A stretch of DNA of 64,000 nucleotides from an uncultured bacterium (GCA_964390695.1 CAYMKI010000002.1:6716-70715); one strand, 5' to 3'. Positions 19,860-29,452 are shown, counted from the first letter of the stretch. Translations and numbers: made by a program. Notes: generated by a model from the letters alone, not told the origin.

Positions 19860-20801
19860 TTAGTTTGTTATAATCCATCTGCCATCTATTTTTTCCATGA
19901 AGCACGGGACGTTATAAAGCAACTCGGTAACCACAGTCACGCGATCTGCCAAATAAACAGTTGCTCCAGTAAAACTCCAAACGTACGTATCTTCCGTGTT
20001 GTAGAATTTCATTACATCCCCATTGGAGCCAGTTGGAATTGTTATCACTCGGTTGGCCGTTGCAACTCCATCTAAGATGTTATGCACTCCGTTTGCCGTT
20101 GCAGTAAAATTTGCATCCGTAGCGTTGGCAACAAGTGTAAGTGGTGATTGCTTCCCGTTAAACGTATTCCAATCAGTAGAACTCAAATATCCGTCTGCGC
20201 CAGTAGTAGCCTGATTAATTGCAATCGTCCTATTAGAAGATAAGTCACCGCCTCCTGTTAATGGGGAAGTGGTTGAAATCGTTCTTGATGTCGATACCTT
20301 GTTATTAAATGTATTCCAGTCGGTAGAAGTTAATTGCCCCGATTGCCCAGTTGTTGCATTCTGTAAAGTGAGTGTAATCGCTGGAGTAGTAGTTGCATTT
20401 ACTACTGATCCGCTAAACCCGTTGGCTGTTGCCACCGAAACCGAAGTAACCGTACCCGAACCGCCACCACCTGCACTACCTATAATTTGATAATACGTTC
20501 CATTATAAGAAAGTATCTTTCGGCAGGCGCAAATAGATCCTATCGCTGGGTTAGTGCCATCTTCATTCTTAATGAACTTAGCTCCCAATCCATTTCTATT
20601 AATTGTAGGGGTTGTTGTTGTGTTTGCAGACGGGAATACAACAATAAATTTTTCTTTTGCATCGTAAGATGCTGGTAATGCTTCTGTTAAAACATAGTTA
20701 TCAGTTGTCGGCATTGTGGCCGTGAGTGTCTTGAATGTTCCATCGACACTTTGCCCGTATGCTGTTTGAATTAGAAGCAGTAAAAAAAGTATCCGTTTCA
20801 T
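19860..20801 (-). CDS. tail-fibre-like protein with a Sec-type signal peptide and duplicated LxSTDWNTFN motif
   Basis: MKRILFLLLLIQTAYGQS; GQLTSTDWNTFNNK and GYLSSTDWNTFNGK repeats. Confidence 0.65.
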   Translation of the reverse strand: MKRILFLLLLIQTAYGQSVDGTFKTLTATMPTTDNYVLTEALPASYDAKEKFIVVFPSANTTTTPTINRNGLGAKFIKNEDGTNPAIGSICACRKILSYNGTYYQIIGSAGGGGSGTVTSVSVATANGFSGSVVNATTTPAITLTLQNATTGQSGQLTSTDWNTFNNKVSTSRTISTTSPLTGGGDLSSNRTIAINQATTGADGYLSSTDWNTFNGKQSPLTLVANATDANFTATANGVHNILDGVATANRVITIPTGSNGDVMKFYNTEDTYVWSFTGATVYLADRVTVVTELLYNVPCFMEKIDGRWIITN

Positions 20802-20810
20802 GATTTAAAA

Positions 20811-21305
20811 TTAATAAGTTATTGCCCAATTAGAAAGTATCTGGCCAGGATTGTTAACCAAGGCACGTATGACCGCACCGGGATCAACTGAGACTCCTGC
20901 TAATACCCCCGATACGCCTATATTCCAAGTGTATCCCTTTCTCACATTCACCGAAGGAAACAGGTTGGTTGACGCATCATAGCTGCCTTGATCCCTCCAA
21001 TATCCATCAGTAGAAATTGCCTCAACATACACAATTGGCAACCCCACAACCGGAGATATAGTAGGGAAAACATCTTTTTCCGATAAATCTTTTAAGCAGA
21101 ATAGAATTGCCTCCAATTCCTTATCCTCTAAATCTGTTTTTCTTTTATATACAGTCAGAAGAGTAAGAATTTTGTTGGCATTCTCATCCTCAATATATGC
21201 TTCTTCGCCATTCATAATTAATTGAGCGGCTGCAAACCCTTCCGAAACCATCTTTTGAGTGGCCGCGAGGATTATTGAGTTTTCTTCTGTTAAAATCTCT
21301 GCCAT
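20811..21305 (-). CDS. hypothetical structural protein
   Basis: 164-aa ORF. Confidence 0.5.
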   Translation of the reverse strand: MAEILTEENSIILAATQKMVSEGFAAAQLIMNGEEAYIEDENANKILTLLTVYKRKTDLEDKELEAILFCLKDLSEKDVFPTISPVVGLPIVYVEAISTDGYWRDQGSYDASTNLFPSVNVRKGYTWNIGVSGVLAGVSVDPGAVIRALVNNPGQILSNWAITY

Positions 21306-21712
21306 TACGAGTCTTGTAAAAGTCCGTTAGCCGCGCTGAAATCTATCAACAAAGACTCACCATTTACCATGGAAATTGATGAGCCGTAATCAAAGTAACC
21401 GATTAATTCATCATTTGTTGCGGTATCATTATACACAACCACATATCTAAATGTAGCCACCGCTCCGGTGGCCGAAAGCGTCAAGTCGTTTACAATCAAT
21501 TTATACACTCCGGCTGTCTGTGAGCTTGAAGTAGTTGTAATATTTCTTGATGAAAGATTTGTGTACGCGATTTCGGTAATGTCTGCGAGAACTGCATTGG
21601 CAGCATTGGGAAGCGTATTAGTTAGCGCAACCTTCAACTGATCGGTAGCCAGGTTATGCTTTTTCTCATAAACTGCTTCGATGAATGAATTGAACTTGTT
21701 GAACGTTGCCAT
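21305..21712 (-). CDS. hypothetical structural protein
   Basis: 135-aa ORF with a 1-nt overlap. Confidence 0.5.
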   Translation of the reverse strand: MATFNKFNSFIEAVYEKKHNLATDQLKVALTNTLPNAANAVLADITEIAYTNLSSRNITTTSSSQTAGVYKLIVNDLTLSATGAVATFRYVVVYNDTATNDELIGYFDYGSSISMVNGESLLIDFSAANGLLQDS

Positions 21713-21714
21713 AA

Positions 21715-22569
21715 TTATCCTTCAGTTATAATTGCCTCAAGTAAATCATTTGGTGAAACTCCAGTGAAAACGTATTGTTTGTAGTTTGCTCCACTGCCAT
21801 CTAAATTATCTCCAAAACTAAAAGTTTGAACGCTTTCTGAAGATCCATTTCTTAAAAACTCCACGTTCCCAGCATCTTCTGTAACCCCTGAATTGGTTGT
21901 CTTGTAAACAGTACACGTAACATCATTGCTTGTCTTCAATGAGTTGTTTCCTACCGCACCGCTATTGGTGAGGTTTATTGTTCTGGTTGTGACCCCATCG
22001 CTGAAATCGCATCTCCAAGAGCATGGAGGCCCCACAGCTTCAAACAATGATCCCTTGTAAAGTACTGGGTCTACCTGTGTATAGGTAAGTGTCGCAGCCT
22101 GTCCGCTCATTGAAAAAAGTCCTCTATCGGCAGACAATGCCCGGTTATAGAACATGCTTATTGCTTGTCCAGAAAGCGAGAATACGCCAGCATCAGCCGC
22201 GAGTATAAATCCTGATTTTGACAACATAACATCTTGGCCTCGCATTGAATAGATACCGGCCCATGCCTGCATGGTTCTGTGTACCAATTCCGGTGTTGCT
22301 GAAACGCTCACTACCTTTTCAATGGTAGGAACAAATGTGCTTTCATTAAGTTTTAACAAACAGTATTCAAGTAACTCAGTTTCTTTCGAAGATAAGTCGC
22401 TACAATCCAGCGACTCAAGCACTGTGAATATCTTGCTTAACTCAACGTCTTGTTCTTCCGAAGATAATCCGTTTGCCTTATTTTGAGCCCCGAGTACGCC
22501 AAGGCGTATCAACTCATTAAAAGCAGATGGGTATTGATTTATAAACACTATGTTAAAAGCGCTTATCAT
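21715..22569 (-). CDS. hypothetical structural protein
   Basis: Start refined to MISAFNIV (ATGA overlap with the upstream stop at 22566-22569). Confidence 0.5.
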   Translation of the reverse strand: MISAFNIVFINQYPSAFNELIRLGVLGAQNKANGLSSEEQDVELSKIFTVLESLDCSDLSSKETELLEYCLLKLNESTFVPTIEKVVSVSATPELVHRTMQAWAGIYSMRGQDVMLSKSGFILAADAGVFSLSGQAISMFYNRALSADRGLFSMSGQAATLTYTQVDPVLYKGSLFEAVGPPCSWRCDFSDGVTTRTINLTNSGAVGNNSLKTSNDVTCTVYKTTNSGVTEDAGNVEFLRNGSSESVQTFSFGDNLDGSGANYKQYVFTGVSPNDLLEAIITEG

Positions 22570-23234
22570 ACGGCTCCAAGTAAAATAAGTCTCAATACAA
22601 CCCACTCGCCAGAGGTATTCAGCCCTAGGCTATCAGCGACAATAGCGATTTGAATATTCCGGTAGATGTTGTCAAGCCTTGCCTTCATCTTATCGTCCTC
22701 ACAAACGCCACAACTGCCGGCCTGCGCGAGTCCGGCTATTTTTTTGGACCAGTATACATCGGCATTATAGGCTGTAACTCTGCCGTCATAGGTAGTTATA
22801 ATTGAAGAGTTACCTTCAATCGTTGTGAGATCCGTAACAACATCCCAATCCGCATGCGGAGGGGCATTTGATGTTGAGGTATTTGCTTTGTAGATAACTC
22901 CATTGTAGAACTTAACTACTCCAGATGCGTAAGTGCCTGCGGTCCAAATGAGAATGGTTAGTTTAGCTGCTTCATACCATCCATCAACTGATCTTGTGGC
23001 TTGAAAAACTGTATCGGTTATCGGATCTGATGAATCTAATGCCATTAGAGCATCTGCCACCGAGTTGACATTCTTTTTGCGGAGGATTACAAAATGAGCG
23101 TAGTCGCTGAATGGGTTGTTTGGAGTTCCATAGCCACCTGGATTAGTAGCTACATCGTAGTCTCCGGTTGTATCGGTTACGATCACCTTTGTCTTTGAGA
23201 AGGTTACCGCTATCTTAATCGTTGGTGTGGCCAT
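22566..23234 (-). CDS. hypothetical structural protein
   Basis: 222-aa ORF. Confidence 0.5.
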   Translation of the reverse strand: MATPTIKIAVTFSKTKVIVTDTTGDYDVATNPGGYGTPNNPFSDYAHFVILRKKNVNSVADALMALDSSDPITDTVFQATRSVDGWYEAAKLTILIWTAGTYASGVVKFYNGVIYKANTSTSNAPPHADWDVVTDLTTIEGNSSIITTYDGRVTAYNADVYWSKKIAGLAQAGSCGVCEDDKMKARLDNIYRNIQIAIVADSLGLNTSGEWVVLRLILLGAV

Positions 23235-23352
23235 ACTCTATATTTTTTAACTTCAATCATTAAAAGGGAAAGGGCCACGCTATACTCGATAGCCACGCCC
23301 GTCCACCTAACCCCCAGAGACTTTCGTCCCTCCTAAGCGGTTCTTTTTCAGG

Positions 23353-24267
23353 TTAATCAACCCGAATTGCTTTTTTGAGTGCCGTGGCAAACTCAACATA
23401 TTTTATCCTTCCTGGGCTTCCTTCTTCACTCATGAAGAACTTACACAGACTCTCTATTTTGTCAGTGTCCTCTTCAGGTTTGAACAATTCTTCCACGTTG
23501 GAATCATTTGACAGGTAGTATGTATCTTTTTCGTACATCAAAACTCCATATACCAACCCATCGTAAATCTGAACTTTCAGCTTTGCTTTTGAGTCAGGGC
23601 TTGCCGCAATCAATTGTTTCGGGAATTGTTGCGCCAACTGAATCATCTCGTACTTCATGCTTTCCGGATCATTAGTGGCCCCCTCGATGAAAGTCTTGAC
23701 TTTGTATCGAGGATCTGGATTGTTGTTTAGAACTAACGCTATCTCTCTCAAATCCTTGAATGTAGCTTCGCGGATTAGTTTCTCCGCATAATACTTCATG
23801 TCTGAAATTTTCATCAATGAAGTCACTTCTTTTGTGCCCACTTGGAAGAATGAATTAACTTCATCTGCGGGTGTAGCACCCATAGCTTTTCTAAACCGGT
23901 TTGAAGTATTCTTTCGGGACCGCATCAAAAATTGATAGAGAGCATGGTTTGTATTAGAAACTCTAAGTTCTCCTTTTATGAATTTTGGTTTTTCGTAGAT
24001 AGGTTTTACTTGACCAGAAGTGCCAATTTGCTTGTAATCAATTATGGTCGTAGCCATCTTCTTTGATCGGGCCGCACCGTCTTCGCCAATATCAATGATT
24101 TTTTCAATCCCGTTGAGTTGAACAACTTCCGGGCACAGTGGTAATTCTTTAGCCTCAGACTTAATAAATGCTTTCGTTAGTCTGAATACTGCTACTTGTC
24201 CATCTTTCAGTGGATCAACTTGCAATCTTTTGCTTAGTGGCTTTACATCGTCATATATCTCTGCCAT
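23353..24267 (-). CDS. hypothetical protein downstream of the capsid gene
   Basis: 304-aa ORF preceded by a terminator and a TTAACCCCC leader. Confidence 0.5.
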   Translation of the reverse strand: MAEIYDDVKPLSKRLQVDPLKDGQVAVFRLTKAFIKSEAKELPLCPEVVQLNGIEKIIDIGEDGAARSKKMATTIIDYKQIGTSGQVKPIYEKPKFIKGELRVSNTNHALYQFLMRSRKNTSNRFRKAMGATPADEVNSFFQVGTKEVTSLMKISDMKYYAEKLIREATFKDLREIALVLNNNPDPRYKVKTFIEGATNDPESMKYEMIQLAQQFPKQLIAASPDSKAKLKVQIYDGLVYGVLMYEKDTYYLSNDSNVEELFKPEEDTDKIESLCKFFMSEEGSPGRIKYVEFATALKKAIRVD

Positions 24268-24295
24268 AATAAAGGGGGTTAATTGAGTGATTTAA

Positions 24296-24328
24296 TTTAA
24301 AAAGTAAAGGGGAGAATTACTCCCCTTT
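24296..24328 (-). terminator. intrinsic terminator after the capsid gene
   Basis: Reverse strand AAAGGGGAG-TAATT-CTCCCCTTT followed by ACTTTTT. Confidence 0.75.
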
Positions 24329-24336
24329 AAATGATA

Positions 24337-25725
24337 CTACGCTGATTTTCTCAAGATCAAGAACTTGTTGAGGTTACGAACCTCTAAGCTCTTGTACGAC
24401 ACCGCATTGATTCTCCAATACATACCATCGTTGGTTGCGCCACCGGGAGCCAAGGCACCGTCACTGAATACAGTGTAGTCACCTTTGTTCTGGTTAGCCG
24501 CGCCACCTGGATCGCTGTACACAAGTTGCAAGAATGGCTCTGCTGAGTTTCCGCTTTCAGAATCAGGGGAAGAAGTACTTCCCATAGGGATAAATACCCC
24601 CATATTTCTGTAAGGCATGTTGCCAGCACCCAGTGTATCTGCGTGAGAGAACACATCCCATGTCTTCATGTAGAAGCAATAAGGCTCGATGCAGATAGAG
24701 TTGAAATTGAAATTCAACGCTTGCTGTTTCCCACCGTCAAAAGGAGAGAATGACACATTGTTATCACCTGCTTTTGCAAAATCAATAAGCCAGTTTTTCC
24801 AGCCTAAGTTCAAATCAAGTCCTTGGCCAACCATGTACTCGGCAACGCCATAAGAACGATTCAAAATCAAAATTGCATCGTCAATTGTGGTCATGTCAGG
24901 AGTTCCGTAATACTCCAGCGTGTTACCGCTATCAGTAATTTGAGGAATCAATCCCTTTGCCAAACGAATTGCTTTTGAGCCTGCATTCACCAAGCTAGAT
25001 GAAGATGGGTTAATAAGCAAACCAAGTTCTTCTTGGAGCTCAAAACGATCCATCATATCATCAATACCTTTTGGGTGAAGTACTTTTTTGCCTTTGTATT
25101 CAAACTCCGTTTCATTCTGCATTGCATGGTCGGTCACCTTGTATGCTTCACGGAAAGTTTGAATATAGTTAGTGACTTTAGAAGTCTTTGGCACACGAAC
25201 CTCAGTTGCGGTAGACTCTTCAGACTGCGCATTTGAGTAGAATACCATTGTCGTTCCAACAATTGCCGAGGCAAGAATGTTGTTCACACTGGTATCCACA
25301 GGATAAACACGAACGCTGTGTGCGTTTGCAGTGGTTCTGTTCACTGAATACACATAACCGGCGGCTTCGTTTTCAAACACCACTGTGTTTCCAACGACTG
25401 GAAAAGATTGGGCACCCGAGTTTTCGTGGTTTGCCGCAGCTAAGGTGATATCCACATAAGTGGTTCCGTCCACAACACTGGCAATGACAGCCGAGGCATC
25501 CATCCACTGACCTTCTTCATGGTAGTAGTAGGTATGGCGAATGGCTTTCCGCTTGCCCATGTAACCTTTGACTTTGCGCATCCACTTCAATGCCGAGGCG
25601 CGAGGCACTTTTTTGATCAATTTTTTGTAAAAATCTCTGTCGTAGATATCATAGCTACTAATCAGAGTTACATTTTCTCCACCGGACTGGAAACCGGCTC
25701 CGGGTATACCTGCAACTTGTGACAT
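24337..25725 (-). CDS. major capsid protein (positional call)
   Basis: 462 aa, directly after the scaffold-like gene and followed by a strong terminator. No sequence motif verified. Confidence 0.55.
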   Translation of the reverse strand: MSQVAGIPGAGFQSGGENVTLISSYDIYDRDFYKKLIKKVPRASALKWMRKVKGYMGKRKAIRHTYYYHEEGQWMDASAVIASVVDGTTYVDITLAAANHENSGAQSFPVVGNTVVFENEAAGYVYSVNRTTANAHSVRVYPVDTSVNNILASAIVGTTMVFYSNAQSEESTATEVRVPKTSKVTNYIQTFREAYKVTDHAMQNETEFEYKGKKVLHPKGIDDMMDRFELQEELGLLINPSSSSLVNAGSKAIRLAKGLIPQITDSGNTLEYYGTPDMTTIDDAILILNRSYGVAEYMVGQGLDLNLGWKNWLIDFAKAGDNNVSFSPFDGGKQQALNFNFNSICIEPYCFYMKTWDVFSHADTLGAGNMPYRNMGVFIPMGSTSSPDSESGNSAEPFLQLVYSDPGGAANQNKGDYTVFSDGALAPGGATNDGMYWRINAVSYKSLEVRNLNKFLILRKSA

Positions 25726-25777
25726 ATTTTAAATTTGGTTTAAATGGGTTTAAATTTCGTCCCGCTTAGGAGTCTAT

Positions 25778-26920
25778 TTATCCCTTTTTTGCAGCCTCCC
25801 AAGCATCAAATATGGTTCCTTCTCCTTTTGAAGCAGCCTGGGTAGTGTTGGCTATTTCTTTAGGATTAGAAGCATTTCTGGCCTCATTGACTTTCGCCAA
25901 CTGACCCAATTTGTACCCATGCTGATACGCTAGTTCTGCTTTTTTCTGGTGGTTTTTCATCTCGAAAAATTCACGAGCAAGCTCTTTGTATGAGTTATCA
26001 TCAAATTGCCCTTGCGAGTTCGTAAACTGCCCTACGAATTCATTCCACCAGTTTCCGGGTTGTACTAAATCTTGTTTCAGGGTTTCAATCTCATTTGGAT
26101 CAAGAGCCATCGTCAAGTAATCGCTTTCTTGGGGGTTTTCTGAGAAAGCGAGTTTTACACCTCCGAAATCTTCTACTGCATTAAAAATGCTAGTTTGCAC
26201 TTGTTCTGAAATTTTAGCCGGTGCAGCCTCAACTGTTTTGAACGATTTGGCGATTTCAGAAATAGTTTTTGATGCCTCTTTCACCTCATTGGAAAGCATC
26301 CGTTCTTTGACAAGATTCCCATCCAAATCGCCATATTTATGCTCGAATTCGGCTTCAAAATACTCTTGGTGCCTACCTGCTGGTATATCCGAATTTTTCG
26401 GATCAACTAAGTAAGCCTCGAAAAGTATCTCTTTCGGGGTTTTGCCTTCCGGGTTGAAAGAAATAGCACGCAAAGTTCGCATTGCCGCTTCTGGCTCGCT
26501 GCCAGCGCTTTGAGATAAAATTTGATAAGCCAGTTTTGCACGCTCATTTTCAAATTTCGGCTCAAATCCTTTTTCGGCTTGGTCCAAAAGCTCATTGTAA
26601 TGAGTTATTAACCCGGCAAACTCCTCTTCGGATTTAATACTTCCGCCTGTCATTTTGCTCAAGCGTCCGTAAAATTTCTCTTCGGGGACATCCAAATCAT
26701 CATTTGGAATAACCGGTTCAACAACTGTACTTTGACCTTTCGAATTATCTTTTAGCGGTTCGTCCGCTGTTTTTGCTGGTTCTTGTGGGTCAGGATTTGC
26801 AGGTTCGTCTGCATTGTCTGCTGGTTTATCCAGTTCTGCTGCAGGTTTTTCGCCTGGTCTTGTTAGTTCTGCCGTTCCTGAACCAAGTTCTTGCGCGAGG
26901 GTTTCAAATACATTCTCCAT
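25778..26920 (-). CDS. scaffolding-like acidic protein
   Basis: Start refined to MENVFETLAQ (26920), because the listed N-terminal extension covers its own promoter. Acidic, Pro/Glu-rich, helical; sits between the portal and capsid genes. Confidence 0.55.
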   Translation of the reverse strand: MENVFETLAQELGSGTAELTRPGEKPAAELDKPADNADEPANPDPQEPAKTADEPLKDNSKGQSTVVEPVIPNDDLDVPEEKFYGRLSKMTGGSIKSEEEFAGLITHYNELLDQAEKGFEPKFENERAKLAYQILSQSAGSEPEAAMRTLRAISFNPEGKTPKEILFEAYLVDPKNSDIPAGRHQEYFEAEFEHKYGDLDGNLVKERMLSNEVKEASKTISEIAKSFKTVEAAPAKISEQVQTSIFNAVEDFGGVKLAFSENPQESDYLTMALDPNEIETLKQDLVQPGNWWNEFVGQFTNSQGQFDDNSYKELAREFFEMKNHQKKAELAYQHGYKLGQLAKVNEARNASNPKEIANTTQAASKGEGTIFDAWEAAKKG

Positions 26921-26944
26921 TCTGGGGTATGGGTTAATTTGAAC

Positions 26945-26986
26945 CAAATGTATAATCGTTTGTTCAAATTTGCAACTGCGTTGCAA
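26945..26986 (-). promoter_or_regulatory. late promoter with the palindromic operator TTGCAAC-N3-GTTGCAA
   Basis: Reverse strand TTGCAACGCAGTTGCAA (26970-26986) ... TACATTTG (26945-26952), upstream of the scaffold and capsid genes. Confidence 0.7.
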
Positions 26987-27029
26987 GTACACTAATATTT
27001 GTTTAGGCGATTATACTAATTATAGGCAC

Positions 27030-27054
27030 AAAAAAAGCCGGGCTTTAACCGGCT
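27030..27054 (-). terminator. intrinsic terminator downstream of the GT-MTase cassette
   Basis: Reverse strand GCCGG-TTAAAGC-CCGGC followed by TTTTTTT. Confidence 0.7.
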
Positions 27055-27076
27055 TTCTTGTTTCTAATTTATTCAG

Positions 27077-28693
27077 TTATGGTCGATAACAACTCTTGAA
27101 CAATAATGCCCACGGTGCCGGGAAATCAAGTTTCTGTATGAGTAGAAACCCGTTCTTTTCAAAGAATTTAATCCAGTGCTCGGTAGGCTTCACATTGATA
27201 TGGCCCCATTGCTTGTCAAACTCGGGTGTATCAGTATATGGCGTTGAGGTGAACAGAAAGTAATCGCAACGCTCTTTCCACAAGTTCAATATCTGTTCGT
27301 TGTATTCATCCGGAATGTGCTCAAAAACCTCAATGCAGGTAACCACGTCCACTTTCTGATCAATCACTGAATTCTGGGCATAGTCCATGATGAACCGGTA
27401 GGACTGTTCTGGATTTCTCGCATCAAAGTATGCTTTGTTGACGGTGTTTGAATCAATGCCATAAGCTACCACTCCTTTGCGGAGGAAGGCTTCAAGCAAT
27501 GCACCAGATCCGCATCCGATGTCTACTGCCGACTTGGCTTTCAGGATCTCTACACAATACTGTACGGTTTTATCCATGCCCTGATTCCAAAGCGGATTAT
27601 CTTGAGTCCATCCGTGCTCTTTATTGTAGTTGAAAAATTCCTGATCGGTGAAGGGCTGTACTAAGTCTAAATCTTTGACGTCTTCAAATTTGCTGGCTGA
27701 TTCAATCTCATTGATTATTTTAAATCTATCCTTGTTGACATGGAATAAGTTAAGGATATTATTTAAGTGACTTTTTGCATTTGTCACAATGCTATTGTTA
27801 TCGTTAAGTGCCCGTTTAAAAGAAGCCTTAAATCCTTCATTGTCGGAATAGTGATATCCAGGCAAATCTATCCATTCATACCAAAATGGCATAACAACCT
27901 TTGCGCCTGCCAGCGTAGCCTCTTGCCATGCAATGTTTGATTTTGATTGGTTGAAAGGGATATTTTCGAGAGGAACGTAAACAATCTCTGGCGCTAGCTT
28001 GATCATTTTTTTGATGAACTCGATCACTCCATCATTGGCCCACAACTTAATTCGATTGCTCGGAAGATGTTCAATGGCCCACGGTGGACAATAGCCAAAA
28101 AATCCCCATGTATACTCTGGCGTTTCATCCATCAGTTCAAGTATCTCTTGTTTGTAGGCATCAAAATCGGCATTGTGAGTATCCGATCCGCGCCACAAGA
28201 TTAATTTGTCTCGCTTGTAGTTATCCGAATCGTGGATATCTAATAATCTTAAATCAGTAGCATTTGGTATCACCGAAATGGACTTTGGATTTTCCTTTGA
28301 AAACTCCTCTAACAGATGTTGAGTCGATACCGTAACATGATCCGCATTTCGAATCATCCACTTAATTGTCTCAACAATGGATGGGTTATACAATTCTTTT
28401 CGATTGTTGGTTTCAGGAATATCAAGATAGTGATCATCCCAGTCAACCCATACAGGAACGCCATACTCCTTCGCCATTTTGATGAAGTCCATTTGCCATT
28501 TCGTGGCCGGACGCTGCATGAAGATCAAATCTACTTGAGTAATCTTAACCCAATTGATGTCGGTGTCATTGCCATTGATAATCTCAATTTGATCCGGAAA
28601 TTGCTTTTGCAATAAATTGAACGGGCCATAGGCTCGATAAAAGGAGGTACCATCCGATTCATTAGGATGATGGACAAGAATTTTTTTTCTCAT
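27077..28693 (-). CDS. bifunctional glycosyltransferase-like / class I SAM-dependent methyltransferase
   Basis: Start refined to MRKKILVHH (28693). The C-terminus has AVDIGCGSGALLEAFL (SAM motif I) and VDVVTCIEVFEHIPDE. The ~380-aa N-terminal part looks like a GT-B fold (weak). Confidence 0.7.
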   Translation of the reverse strand: MRKKILVHHPNESDGTSFYRAYGPFNLLQKQFPDQIEIINGNDTDINWVKITQVDLIFMQRPATKWQMDFIKMAKEYGVPVWVDWDDHYLDIPETNNRKELYNPSIVETIKWMIRNADHVTVSTQHLLEEFSKENPKSISVIPNATDLRLLDIHDSDNYKRDKLILWRGSDTHNADFDAYKQEILELMDETPEYTWGFFGYCPPWAIEHLPSNRIKLWANDGVIEFIKKMIKLAPEIVYVPLENIPFNQSKSNIAWQEATLAGAKVVMPFWYEWIDLPGYHYSDNEGFKASFKRALNDNNSIVTNAKSHLNNILNLFHVNKDRFKIINEIESASKFEDVKDLDLVQPFTDQEFFNYNKEHGWTQDNPLWNQGMDKTVQYCVEILKAKSAVDIGCGSGALLEAFLRKGVVAYGIDSNTVNKAYFDARNPEQSYRFIMDYAQNSVIDQKVDVVTCIEVFEHIPDEYNEQILNLWKERCDYFLFTSTPYTDTPEFDKQWGHINVKPTEHWIKFFEKNGFLLIQKLDFPAPWALLFKSCYRP

Positions 28694-28709
28694 AATTAGG
28701 GGTTTGGTT

Positions 28710-28738
28710 AAAAAAAGAGAGCCCAATATTGGGCTCTC
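28710..28738 (-). terminator. intrinsic terminator upstream of the GT-MTase cassette
   Basis: Reverse strand GAGAGCCCAATATTGGGCTCTC followed by TTTTTTT. Confidence 0.8.
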
Positions 28739-28761
28739 AAAAATAATAAAATTACTGCTGA

Positions 28762-29361
28762 CTATTGCGCATTCATCAAGCGATCTGTTGCTGTTTTCCA
28801 AACCGCAGACGCACCGTTTCCGGTTGTTGGGGTGGTAACAAAGTGCAAGCGCTTAAATGCCGGCAAGGTTTTCGATGCGCCAGATGCTCCGTTGTCAATG
28901 TATGCGGAGGCTCCATTCGGGAACACGCTCACAGGTGTTGACAAAGTGTTGACAATAACCACACAGTTGCGATCTGATGGAGGAGGCAACTTCACGTTGG
29001 CCGATGCTCCGGTAGCTGATGTGTAGATGTGCAAGTACTTATTCAATACCGAAGTGGTTGTTACGCCACCAGAAACACCGGTAACTGCTGTATTCACCAA
29101 GTGACCCACCAAAGGATCAGCCGATACCGCAGCTACGGTTGCTTGCGACATTGCGCGAACATCGTCAGGAGACTCATAGACTTCAAGTTTTCTTTCTTTC
29201 GTGTTTTTCAGAAAGATAACCGCACCTCCACTTCTGCGGTTCATTTCGATTCTTTTGATGTCCTCTGATGTCAGATAGAACACTCTGGGTGTAGTCAAAT
29301 CACCCTTTGACGGCCCAATACGTCTTGCCGTCACTGGAAAACTTACTGCTTCGTTTGCCAT
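28762..29361 (-). CDS. hypothetical virion-module protein
   Basis: 199-aa ORF with its own palindrome-bearing promoter. Confidence 0.5.
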   Translation of the reverse strand: MANEAVSFPVTARRIGPSKGDLTTPRVFYLTSEDIKRIEMNRRSGGAVIFLKNTKERKLEVYESPDDVRAMSQATVAAVSADPLVGHLVNTAVTGVSGGVTTTSVLNKYLHIYTSATGASANVKLPPPSDRNCVVIVNTLSTPVSVFPNGASAYIDNGASGASKTLPAFKRLHFVTTPTTGNGASAVWKTATDRLMNAQ

Positions 29362-29403
29362 TTCTTTAAATTATTTAAGTTTTTTATGGGAATATCCCCA
29401 CGT

Positions 29404-29445
29404 CAAAAGTATAATACTTTATTCGTAGTTGCAACTGTGTTGCAA
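29404..29445 (-). promoter_or_regulatory. late promoter with the palindromic operator TTGCAAC-N3-GTTGCAA
   Basis: Reverse strand TTGCAACACAGTTGCAA (29429-29445) ... TACTTTTG (29404-29411). Same 25-bp offset as the 26.9-kb copy. Confidence 0.7.
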
Positions 29446-29452
29446 GTAGCGC

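Noticed and set aside
25778-28801. Longer N-terminal extensions given by the track for the scaffold (to 26992) and GT-MTase (to 28801) ORFs; similar extensions at 19905, 22605, 42096, 44714, 46663, 48550 and 61578
   Set aside because: The extensions run over promoters, terminators or the 3' ends of upstream genes. Internal ATGs with ATGA/TAATG coupling or the TAACC leader give compact, non-overlapping gene models.
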